A DNA stretch of 64,000 nucleotides from positions 32,001 to 96,000 of the forward strand of contig JANQHR010000097.1 in NCBI GenBank assembly GCA_028282585.1, in the 5' to 3' direction. The notes under the pieces are model-generated. The model saw only the letters and a program-made list of their open reading frames with translations. It did no database searches and had not been told where the DNA came from. Both the position numbers and the translations under genes were made by a program. This document shows positions 21,525 through 30,429 of this stretch, piece by piece (the first letter of the stretch is position 1; the number at the start of each line of letters is the position of its first letter). Origin of the DNA: Bacteroidales bacterium (lineage in GTDB: Bacteria; Bacteroidota; Bacteroidia; Bacteroidales; UBA12077).

Positions 21525-22676
21525 TTAGTAAAAATTAACAATTTTCTGATAGATATTATGAAATACTTTCACACCAGTTTCAATTATGTCATCGGGAAAA
21601 TCATAATCGGGGTTATGCAATTGAGGTTGCTTTTCTCCTGCTCCTAACCCAAATATTGCGCCTTTAAATCTTTCAGTAAAATGTGCAAAATCTTCAGACC
21701 AGCGCAAAGGTGTTGCTTTGTAATGATAACTCAATTTAGCAGTAATAACAGCACTTTCAATAATTTTAACCATTTCGTTATTATTAACTATAGCCGGAAA
21801 TTCTTCAACGTATGAAATGTCTAGCTTTAATTTATGTTTTTTGGCAATTTTATTCGCTAAAAATTCAGACTGCTTTGTCAATCTTTCCATATCATCGTTA
21901 GAGAAAGTACGTAATGTAGCCATAACCACTGCGTTTCCTGGTGTAGTTCCAAAAGCTATCTCACCCAATTGTGCATGAATTATGGTAAGTAATGTAAAAT
22001 CGGAAAAGTAACCTTCTTTCTTAGGCAAATCATTTAATTGCTTAATAATATCAGTCATTGCAATTACCGGACTATTTCCATTTTCAGGTTCTGCTGCATG
22101 CGATGTTTTTCCGGTTAATTTAATGATCATTCCCTTTGAAGCTGCTGCAAAAGTTCCATCTCTTAAAATGATCTCTCCTTTAGGAAATCCGGGAAGATTA
22201 TGCAATGCAAAAGCATAATCGACTTTTATTTTTTTAAACTTCTTATCATTAACCACTCTAAAAGCTCCCTGCCCGTTTTCTTCTGCAGGTTGAAAAAGTA
22301 ATACAACCTGCCCTTTTTCAGGAGTTTTTTTTGAAAATAAATCAGCTAAGCCAGCTACTATTGCCATATGACCATCGTGTCCGCACTTATGAGAAACGCC
22401 TTTCTTTAATGATTTATAATCCAAATCATTGATCTCTTCAATTGGAAGAGCATCCAGGTCACATCGAAAAAGTATTGATGGACCTTGTTTCTGTCCTTTG
22501 AAAATACACGCTAATCCGTTTCCACCAATCCCTCTAATTATTTCCGTATCTTTATATTGAGATAAAAAAGTTGCTATACGTTCAGAAGTTAGAATCTCAT
22601 TATCTGACAGTTCCGGATATTTATGCAATGTATGTCGAAGTTCGATAATCTTATCTAAATCAAATAATTTATCCAT
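21525..22676 (-). CDS. M20D amidohydrolase
   Basis: RHTLHKYPELS, RCDLDALP, HKCGHDGH, FQPAEE, SEDF, LHNPDYDFPD. Confidence 0.88.
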   Translation of the reverse strand: MDKLFDLDKIIELRHTLHKYPELSDNEILTSERIATFLSQYKDTEIIRGIGGNGLACIFKGQKQGPSILFRCDLDALPIEEINDLDYKSLKKGVSHKCGHDGHMAIVAGLADLFSKKTPEKGQVVLLFQPAEENGQGAFRVVNDKKFKKIKVDYAFALHNLPGFPKGEIILRDGTFAAASKGMIIKLTGKTSHAAEPENGNSPVIAMTDIIKQLNDLPKKEGYFSDFTLLTIIHAQLGEIAFGTTPGNAVVMATLRTFSNDDMERLTKQSEFLANKIAKKHKLKLDISYVEEFPAIVNNNEMVKIIESAVITAKLSYHYKATPLRWSEDFAHFTERFKGAIFGLGAGEKQPQLHNPDYDFPDDIIETGVKVFHNIYQKIVNFY

Positions 22677-22784
22677 TTGAAAACTAATTATGGTTTACAA
22701 AACTAACATATAAAAATAGATTTAAGTATAATATATCATAATAAATTGTTATAACTTGCGCCCGAATTTTAGGAAATAAATGAA

Positions 22785-23708
22785 ATGAAAAAAGGAAACT
22801 TAATTGCATACATTTCAGTAATTTTAGCCATGTTGTTTTGGAGTTATACTTTTATATGGTATAAAAAAGTATACGATTTCTATAACCCAATAACGGTAGT
22901 TTTCTTTAGGTTAATTATTTCTTCCATATTTCTGTTTTTGTTAATGTATCCTTTAAAAAGGCTACAAAAAATAAAGAAAGGGGATCTAAAATATTTTATT
23001 CTTGTTTCTATATTTAATCCTTTTTTATATTTTATTGGAGAGAGTTACGGAATCAAATATGTATCGTCAACTTTAGCTGCAGTAATTATCGCCACAATTC
23101 CTTTATTCACTTCATTCACCTCATCCTATTTTTTTAAAGAAAAAATAACCAAAATGAATTCGATAGGAATTTTGGTATCTATAATTGGCGTAGGATTGGT
23201 AATTTTTAATAAACAGGAAGCAGCTGAAGCTTCTTTTTTTGGTTTGGGAATGTTATGGTTTGCCGTGGCTGCTGCAATAGGTTATACTTTAGTTCTTAAA
23301 AAACTTGCTTCAAGATATAATCCAACTAGTATTGTAACTTATCATAACTTTATTGGAATATTTCTTTTTGCTCCTTTATTTTTTATTATTGATTTCCCTG
23401 AGTTTAAACAAACCGGGTTTTCATCAGAAGCATGGATTCCATTGCTTGAGCTAGCGATCTTCGGATCTTCTTTTGCCTTTATTTTCTTTACCTTTTCTAT
23501 TCAAAGAATTGGAGTTGGAAAAGCAAATGCCTTTACCAACTTAATTCCTGTAATTACAGCAATTATTGCATATTTTGTTTTAGACGAAATACTTAGCATC
23601 AATAAAATTACAGGTATCTCATTGGTTATTGGGGGATTGTTCCTATCGCAAATAAAAACAAATAATTTTAGGCATAAACTAAGATCTTATATAAAACCAA
23701 GCGAATAA
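22785..23708 (+). CDS. DMT/EamA family transporter
   Basis: About 10 TM helices in two EamA-like repeats; FTNLIPVITAIIAYFVLDE. Confidence 0.85.
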   Translation: MKKGNLIAYISVILAMLFWSYTFIWYKKVYDFYNPITVVFFRLIISSIFLFLLMYPLKRLQKIKKGDLKYFILVSIFNPFLYFIGESYGIKYVSSTLAAVIIATIPLFTSFTSSYFFKEKITKMNSIGILVSIIGVGLVIFNKQEAAEASFFGLGMLWFAVAAAIGYTLVLKKLASRYNPTSIVTYHNFIGIFLFAPLFFIIDFPEFKQTGFSSEAWIPLLELAIFGSSFAFIFFTFSIQRIGVGKANAFTNLIPVITAIIAYFVLDEILSINKITGISLVIGGLFLSQIKTNNFRHKLRSYIKPSE

Positions 23709-24217
23709 TGGGTGTTTTAGATAAAATACTATTGTTAGAATTAAAGAACAGGGCGCTTGATTTAAAACCAGAGACAAAAGCATTTTTCAATAAAATTCGT
23801 AAAAAAAAGCCTAAAAACCTGGATAAGGTCATGCAAGAGCTTAACGATGAAGTTTTTGATGAACTTAATTGTCTTGACTGTGCCAACTGCTGTAAATCTA
23901 TTAGTCCAACTTTGTACGATAGAGATGTAGAACGATTGGCAAAACATTTCAAAATGAAACCTTCTCAGTTTGCAGATGAATACTTATACATGGATAATGA
24001 TGGAGATTACGTTTTTCTGAAAACACCCTGTCCATTTCTAATGCCCGATAATTATTGCACAGCATATGAAGATCGCCCAAAAGCGTGTAGAGAATATCCA
24101 CATCTTAATCGAAAAAGATTTTATCAAATCCTAAATCTAACCTTGAAAAATATGCAGGTTTGCCCAGCTGTTTATGATGCTGTTGAAAAACTAAAGGAAA
24201 GAAAAGAAATTATTTAA
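23708..24217 (+). CDS. YkgJ family (CxxCxxCC) cysteine-cluster protein
   Basis: CLDCANCCK, PCPFL...CTAYEDRPKACREYP. Confidence 0.88.
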   Translation: MGVLDKILLLELKNRALDLKPETKAFFNKIRKKKPKNLDKVMQELNDEVFDELNCLDCANCCKSISPTLYDRDVERLAKHFKMKPSQFADEYLYMDNDGDYVFLKTPCPFLMPDNYCTAYEDRPKACREYPHLNRKRFYQILNLTLKNMQVCPAVYDAVEKLKERKEII

Positions 24218-24452
24218 AATAAGTTTAAAACTTTTTTTGGATGGCAAAGAAAAGTTTTAAAATCACCCTCCAGTCTTCACCACTTACCTCAAGGGAGGGC
24301 AAAGTTTGGTTTATTCTCACCTACGAGGCCGGCTAGGCATGGATACCCAAAGAGTAGAGGATAAATACTTCTTAACTAATGAAAACTATCATCGTCGATT
24401 TTGGTTCTTTCTTCAATAAAAGAACAAATAAAACCTTCAAAAAAGATAGAAC

Positions 24453-25331
24453 TTAGTTAACAAAAACATTCAATCCGTTCTCAATAATCTTTACATTTAG
24501 TATTTTACCCATTTCACCTGGTTCCCCATCATAGTGAATCACATCAGGAGATTTTCTCTTAACGATAATATTTTTGCAACTATACGTTTCCAAATAAACA
24601 CTTTTATCAATGTTTTTAAGGAATAATCTCGCACCAATTCCTGGAGCTGTTATCAAAGGGAATGAACGCATAATAGCAACTTCTAATTTACCATCCTGAA
24701 TATCAGCTTTTGGTGCTATATGAGCATTATTGCCATATTGGGAAGCATTTGCAAAGGTTATTAGAAAAGCATCACGCATAATTGTTGTTCCATTCATAGA
24801 TATTTCATATCTCTTAGGTTTGTATCTTCTAAACTCAGATACAGTAGCCTTTATATAATTTGTAAATCCACGACCTTCCATTTTATCAAAAAGGTGTCCT
24901 ATATGAGCGTCAAAACCAACTCCTGTAGTACAAAAGAATTTTTGATCATTGATTTTTCCATAGTCAATTTTTCTTTTATTCCCTGCCTTTATAAGATCAA
25001 GCGCTTTCTCGGGTTTTAAAGGGATCTTCAAATGTCTGGCCAATCCATTTCCTGATCCAAATGGAACAATACCAAGTATAGCATTACTATCAGCAATTGC
25101 TGAGGCTACCTCATTAACTGTTCCATCTCCTCCAACCGCAACAACTTTTTTATATTCTTTCTTTGAATACTTTTTTACGATCTGAGTTGCTTCGCCAGCA
25201 AAACGGGTAAATATAATTTTTGTTTTATATTGATCTTCCTTGAATTTTTCTTCAATAAGCTCTATGATAAATTCTTTTGGTTTATTTCCCGAAATTGGAT
25301 TTATAACAAATAATAGTTTTTCTTTCATCAC
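24453..25331 (-). CDS. Diacylglycerol/lipid kinase (YegS/DgkB family)
   Basis: INPISG, VAVGGDGTVNEV, GIVPFGSGNGLA, GVGFDA, QYGNNAHIAP, HYDGE. Confidence 0.9.
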   Translation of the reverse strand: MMKEKLLFVINPISGNKPKEFIIELIEEKFKEDQYKTKIIFTRFAGEATQIVKKYSKKEYKKVVAVGGDGTVNEVASAIADSNAILGIVPFGSGNGLARHLKIPLKPEKALDLIKAGNKRKIDYGKINDQKFFCTTGVGFDAHIGHLFDKMEGRGFTNYIKATVSEFRRYKPKRYEISMNGTTIMRDAFLITFANASQYGNNAHIAPKADIQDGKLEVAIMRSFPLITAPGIGARLFLKNIDKSVYLETYSCKNIIVKRKSPDVIHYDGEPGEMGKILNVKIIENGLNVFVN

Positions 25332-25428
25332 ACTTCGTCAAAGTTCTTCTATTGGCTCCAAAAATATATTAGAACCATTTTATAAAAAAGAAAAACGTAA
25401 ACTTAATTTAAACTAATATCCTATAGTA

Positions 25429-25453
25429 TACTGTTAACAATACCTTAACAGTA
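25429..25453. promoter_or_regulatory. Candidate response-regulator operator (Pho-box-like)
   Basis: TTAACA direct repeat with 11-bp periodicity (25434, 25445), embedded in the palindrome TACTGTTAA-N7-TTAACAGTA, between divergent lipid genes. Confidence 0.4.
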
Positions 25454-25532
25454 AATATAAAATTTTCAATTTCTTAATCGTGTAATAACAATCCCTTAAA
25501 TTGACCGTCATTACTTCGAAACAAAAAGCAAA

Positions 25533-26360
25533 ATGATTAAACCGAACCATTTTAAAACCATAGTAATATCGGATGTTCATTTGGGAACTAAAGCATCAAA
25601 AGCAAAAGAATTAGTAAGGTTCCTAAAAAGTAATACATGCGACAAACTTATCTTAAATGGCGACATTGTGGATGGCTGGAGGCTTAAAAAGAATGGTAAA
25701 TGGAAGAAAAAACACACTCGTTTTTTTAAGGTCTTAATAAAAATGATAGATAAATTTAATACTGAAGTAATATATATTCGCGGAAACCACGATGATTTCC
25801 TGGATAATATGATGCCTCTTACAATCGGCAACCTATCTATCCAAAAAGACTATCTTCATAAAAGTAACGGTAAAAGTTTCTATGTGCTTCACGGTGACAT
25901 ATTTGATACAATTACAACTAATCTTAAATGGTTGGCAAAACTGGGCGATGTTGGATATACATTTTTACTTTGGTTAAATAAAGTTTATAATAATCGTAGG
26001 TTGAAACGCGGGCTTCCATATTACTCTTTATCTCAAGACATTAAACAACGAGTTAAAACTGCTGTTTCATATATATCAAGTTTTGAACAAGAACTAGTAA
26101 AGCTTGCTAAATCAAGAAATTGTGATGGTGTTATCTGTGGACATATTCACCATCCTGATATACATGATTATGATGGAATTACATATTTGAATTCCGGTGA
26201 CTGGGTAGAATCATTAAGCGCGCTTGTTGAGCATTATGATGGAAAATGGGAGATTCTATATTATAATGAATTGGTAAAAGAAGAAATACCTCCTAAAAAA
26301 GAAAAAGTTAAAAAACCCGAGTTTGTTTTGCCGAACATAATAAAAACCAAAATAGCTTAA
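25533..26360 (+). CDS. Metallophosphoesterase, UDP-2,3-diacylglucosamine-hydrolase-like / PlcP-like phospholipase C
   Basis: SDVHLG, GDIVDGW, GNHD, HGD, CGHIH, YLNSGDWVES. Confidence 0.85.
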   Translation: MIKPNHFKTIVISDVHLGTKASKAKELVRFLKSNTCDKLILNGDIVDGWRLKKNGKWKKKHTRFFKVLIKMIDKFNTEVIYIRGNHDDFLDNMMPLTIGNLSIQKDYLHKSNGKSFYVLHGDIFDTITTNLKWLAKLGDVGYTFLLWLNKVYNNRRLKRGLPYYSLSQDIKQRVKTAVSYISSFEQELVKLAKSRNCDGVICGHIHHPDIHDYDGITYLNSGDWVESLSALVEHYDGKWEILYYNELVKEEIPPKKEKVKKPEFVLPNIIKTKIA

Positions 26361-26367
26361 ATACCTG

Positions 26368-27447
26368 ATGAAATATCTTTTTATAGTCCAGGGCGAAGGT
26401 CGTGGGCACATGACTCAAGCAATTAGCCTGCGAAATATGCTTGCTCAAAACGGGCATGAAGTTAGCTCTGTTATCATTGGGAAAAGTTCAAGACGCGAGA
26501 TCCCTTCCTTTTTCTTTGAGAAAATTCAAACAAAGGTTCATCCCGTTAATAGTCCAAATTTCGTTGTTGGTAAGAAAAACAAAAGAATAAAGATTACTAA
26601 ATCAATAATTATAAATCTATTACATTTTAGAAGATATCTAAAGAGTTTAGGTCAAATAAAATCGATTGTAAAAAATGAAAATCCGGATGTAATAATAAAC
26701 TTTTATGATCTTTTAGGAGGGCTTTTTTACCTTTTTAATAATCCAAAAATCCCATATTATTGTATTGGGCATCAGTATTTATTAAACCATTCAGAATTTC
26801 CTTTTCCCGAAGGTCATAAATTAGACCGTTTTCTTTTAAAAATTAACACGTTAATAACCTCATTCAGAGCTAATAAATTTCTTGCACTTTCGTTTCGTCT
26901 AATGGAAGACCAACCAAAAAAGAAAATTTATGTTGTTCCACCTTTACTTCGTGATAATGTTTTAGAATTAGAACCAAAAAACGAAGGGTTTATCCATGGT
27001 TATATGTTAAATCAAGGCTATGCAAAAGATATTATGGACTGGCATAAATTGCATGTTGATACCAAGGTATATTTCTTTTGGGATAAAAAAGAAGCCGAAG
27101 AAGAAACGGTAGTTCATAAAAATCTGGTTTTTCACAAAATAAACGATGTAAAGTTCTTGGATTATATGAGCCGTTGCGAAGCTTATGCAAGTACCGCAGG
27201 TTTTGAATCAATTTGCGAAGCCATGTATTTAGGTAAGCCAATTATGATGGTTCCAACGGCAGGCCATTTTGAGCAAAAATGTAATGCAATAGATGCCAAC
27301 TTAAGCGGAGCCGGAATTTGGAGTGAAGAATTCGACTTAACCAAACTTCTTAATTATATTCCGAATCATAATACCGATAATTCTGCTTTTAAAAGATGGG
27401 TTGACAGCGCAGAACAAAAATTTCTTGCGTATTTAAATCAAGAATAA
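26368..27447 (+). CDS. GT-B glycosyltransferase (MJ1255/GT28-like)
   Basis: VQGEGRGHMTQA, STAGFESICEAMYLGKPIMMVP..HFEQKCNA. Confidence 0.85.
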   Translation: MKYLFIVQGEGRGHMTQAISLRNMLAQNGHEVSSVIIGKSSRREIPSFFFEKIQTKVHPVNSPNFVVGKKNKRIKITKSIIINLLHFRRYLKSLGQIKSIVKNENPDVIINFYDLLGGLFYLFNNPKIPYYCIGHQYLLNHSEFPFPEGHKLDRFLLKINTLITSFRANKFLALSFRLMEDQPKKKIYVVPPLLRDNVLELEPKNEGFIHGYMLNQGYAKDIMDWHKLHVDTKVYFFWDKKEAEEETVVHKNLVFHKINDVKFLDYMSRCEAYASTAGFESICEAMYLGKPIMMVPTAGHFEQKCNAIDANLSGAGIWSEEFDLTKLLNYIPNHNTDNSAFKRWVDSAEQKFLAYLNQE

Positions 27448-27526
27448 TAAGAATACAGATTGTTCGTTTAAAACTTAATGTGATCTAATTTTCCGGATAA
27501 TATTGTAATTTCATTATTTTTACTCA

Positions 27527-28570
27527 ATGAAGAAAATTCATGCTGTAATTATTGTAATATTACTTGCAACTCAGTTATATGGGCAAATTGGTGGCACTCA
27601 CACCTATGATTTCTTGAATTTGATCAATTCTGCAAGAGTAGCATCATTTGGAGGTGATGTAATTGCCATTAATGATAATGATTATAGCTTAACATATCAT
27701 AATCCTGCTTTATTAAATCCAAATATGAATCAGGAATTGGCACTAAATTATGTCAATTATTTTACTGATGTGAATTATGGTTATGCCTCCTATGCATCGA
27801 ATATTAGTAACTATGGTATTTTTTCGGGAGGAATTCATTATATAAATTATGGGAAGTTCATTGCCGCTGATGAAAAAGGCATTATAACCGGTGAATTTAA
27901 GGCTGCAGAGTATGCTATAAACCTAATCTATTCAAGAGCCATAGATAGCACGTTCCGGCTTGGGGTAAATGTTAAACCAATAATTTCAACACTTGAAAAA
28001 TATACATCTTATGGCATTGCAGCTGATTTTGGAGTAGTTTATAATAAACCTGGTAGTTTATTTACTGCTGCTTTGGTTATAAAAAATGTAGGAACCCAAC
28101 TAAAAGCTTATACCGACACCAGGGAAACTTTACCATTTAATATCCAGTTAGGGATATCTCAAAAATTGAAACACGCTCCATTTTTATTTACAGTCACCTT
28201 TGATCACTTAGAAACCTGGGATTTAACGTATGATGAACCACAAAGTGAAGATGTAATCTTAGATCCGGCGGCAAGCGAAGAATCCGAATCTAAAATTGAT
28301 AAACTAGCTGATCAGTTTATGCGACACATTATTCTTGGAGTTGAATTCAATCCAATCAATAATTTTTATGTTCGCGCTGGATACAACTACAGAAGAAGGC
28401 AAGAAATGTTAATTGAATCAAAAACATCTACTATTGGTTTCTCATGGGGATTTGGAGTTAAAATATCTAAATTCCATATAAATTATGGCAGAGCTACTTA
28501 CCATTTAGCCGGAGCTTCCGATCATTTTTCCATTTCAACTAATCTTAATAGTTTTAAGAAAAATTTATAA
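27527..28570 (+). CDS. porQ: Type IX secretion system protein PorQ
   Basis: QIGGTHTYDFLNLINSARVASFGG, HNPALL, RAGYNYRRRQEM. It lies directly upstream of cmk, the synteny usual in Bacteroidetes. Confidence 0.85.
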   Translation: MKKIHAVIIVILLATQLYGQIGGTHTYDFLNLINSARVASFGGDVIAINDNDYSLTYHNPALLNPNMNQELALNYVNYFTDVNYGYASYASNISNYGIFSGGIHYINYGKFIAADEKGIITGEFKAAEYAINLIYSRAIDSTFRLGVNVKPIISTLEKYTSYGIAADFGVVYNKPGSLFTAALVIKNVGTQLKAYTDTRETLPFNIQLGISQKLKHAPFLFTVTFDHLETWDLTYDEPQSEDVILDPAASEESESKIDKLADQFMRHIILGVEFNPINNFYVRAGYNYRRRQEMLIESKTSTIGFSWGFGVKISKFHINYGRATYHLAGASDHFSISTNLNSFKKNL

Positions 28571-28617
28571 CCGATTATTATTTGATATAGATTGATTTCC
28601 CTTACATTAATTAATAA

Positions 28618-28742
28618 CCAATCCAAAAAATAAGATTATTGGAAAATTGGATTATTGAAAACTATTACATTAACTGCATCATTCCATAAATCCAACTATC
28701 CAGCTAATTATTATTTATTAATTCTTTTTTGGATTAATGGAA
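28618..28742. repeat. Intergenic inverted repeat built from ~8-nt TTGGA/TCCA units
   Basis: TTGGAAAA-TTGGATTA-TTGAAA faces TTCCATAA-ATCCAACT-ATCCAGCT; outer arms AATCCAAAAAA / TTTTTTGGATT. Confidence 0.5.
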
Positions 28743-28782
28743 TCTCCTTACTTGAAAACTTGTCAATTGTTGTTTTTGGATT

Positions 28783-28790
28783 TAACTTTG
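28783..28790 (+). promoter_or_regulatory. Bacteroidetes -7 promoter box (TAnnTTTG) for cmk
   Basis: TAACTTTG 20 bp upstream of the cmk start. Confidence 0.6.
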
Positions 28791-28810
28791 ATGTTCAAAT
28801 TTAAACGTGA

Positions 28811-29515
28811 ATGATCCAGACCAAAAAAAAAATTATTATCGCTATTGATGGTTACTCATCATCGGGGAAAAGTACACTTGCCAAAGAAATTGCCAAAACT
28901 CTTGACTATAAATACATTGACAGCGGAGCAATGTATCGCGCAGTTACGTTATTTGCGATTCGAAATAACATTATTGATCCGAAAAATCATCAAATTGATG
29001 AAGAAAAACTTCGCAATTTGATCAATCAAGTTCAGGTAAATTTTAAATACAATTCTGATAAAGACAAGCAGGAAACTTATTTAAACGAAGAAAATGTTGA
29101 AGAAGAAATTCGAGAAATGGAAGTTTCTGATAATGTTAGTTTTATAAGCAAATATGGATTTGTAAGAGAGAAGATGGTTAAATTCCAGCAAGAAATAGGA
29201 AAAGAAAAAGGCATTGTTATGGACGGTCGTGACATTGGAACTATTGTATTTCCAAATGCCGAACTGAAAATCTTTATGAATGCAAATGCTAAAGTAAGAG
29301 CAGAAAGAAGATACCTGGAACTAAAAGAAAAAAATGTTGATGTAAGTTTTGATGAGATTCTGGAAAATGTAAGGAAAAGAGATCATATTGATGAAACCCG
29401 CGAAGAAAGTCCACTAAAAAAAGCATCGGATTCAATTGAGTTAGATAATAGCAATATGAATCGTCAAGAACAATTAGACTGGATTGTTCGTTTAGTAAAA
29501 GAACGGATTGGCTAA
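28811..29515 (+). CDS. cmk: Cytidylate kinase
   Basis: IAIDGYSSSGKST, IDSGAMYRAV, VMDGRDIGTIVFPNAELKIF. Confidence 0.95.
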   Translation: MIQTKKKIIIAIDGYSSSGKSTLAKEIAKTLDYKYIDSGAMYRAVTLFAIRNNIIDPKNHQIDEEKLRNLINQVQVNFKYNSDKDKQETYLNEENVEEEIREMEVSDNVSFISKYGFVREKMVKFQQEIGKEKGIVMDGRDIGTIVFPNAELKIFMNANAKVRAERRYLELKEKNVDVSFDEILENVRKRDHIDETREESPLKKASDSIELDNSNMNRQEQLDWIVRLVKERIG

Positions 29516-29518
29516 GTT

Positions 29519-30397
29519 ATGAAAATTGATATTGATAGTAATTCAGGTTTTTGTTTTGGCGTGGTAAACGCTATACAATTGGCTGAAATGGAGTTGGAAA
29601 GAAACGATACCCTTTATTGCCTTGGAGATATTGTACATAATAGTGCTGAAGTTGAAAGACTTAAACAAAAAGGATTAGTTACTATCGATCATCAGCAGTT
29701 TAAAACTTTAAAAAATTGCAAAGTTTTGTTACGTGCTCATGGTGAACCTCCGGAAACTTACCAAACGGCAATCAAAAATAATATTCAACTTATTGATGCA
29801 TCATGTCCTGTGGTTTTGAAACTTCAAAATAATATTAAACTTGGATTTGATGAGATATTAAGTAAAGGTGGGCAAGTTGTAATTTATGGAAAAGAAGGCC
29901 ATGCCGAAGTTAATGGATTAGTGGGACAAACAAATGGTAAGGCAATAGTTATTGGTGGAATGGAAGACTTATATAAAATTGATTTTTCAAAGCCAATTAA
30001 TCTTTTCTCTCAAACTACAAAAAGTATCGCTGGTTTTTATGAAATACAAAAAGAAATAAAAACAAAAATGATTTCAGCTCAGGGAACAGAAGATGTTGAA
30101 TTTATTTCGAACGATACTATTTGCAGACAAGTATCTCATAGAGAACCACAGTTACGCGAATTCGTAAAAAAACACAATGTCGTAGTTTTTGTAAGTGGAA
30201 AAAAAAGCTCAAATGGCAGAATGCTTTTCGAAGTTTGTAAAGATGAAAATCCAAATACATATTTCGTGTCCGATGCAGATGAACTTCAGAAAAAGTGGTT
30301 TGTAAATACCAAAACTGTTGGTGTTTGTGGAGCGACCTCAACTCCACGATGGTTAATGGAAAAAGTTGCTAAAAACATTGAAAACCTTTCAAATTAA
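29519..30397 (+). CDS. ispH: 4-hydroxy-3-methylbut-2-enyl diphosphate reductase
   Basis: SGFCFGV, IVHN, RAHG, DASCPVV, SQTT, DTIC, SSNG, GATSTP. Confidence 0.95.
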   Translation: MKIDIDSNSGFCFGVVNAIQLAEMELERNDTLYCLGDIVHNSAEVERLKQKGLVTIDHQQFKTLKNCKVLLRAHGEPPETYQTAIKNNIQLIDASCPVVLKLQNNIKLGFDEILSKGGQVVIYGKEGHAEVNGLVGQTNGKAIVIGGMEDLYKIDFSKPINLFSQTTKSIAGFYEIQKEIKTKMISAQGTEDVEFISNDTICRQVSHREPQLREFVKKHNVVVFVSGKKSSNGRMLFEVCKDENPNTYFVSDADELQKKWFVNTKTVGVCGATSTPRWLMEKVAKNIENLSN

Positions 30398-30429
30398 ATT
30401 AGATTTGCTGGGGAGTAAACAAACTTTTA

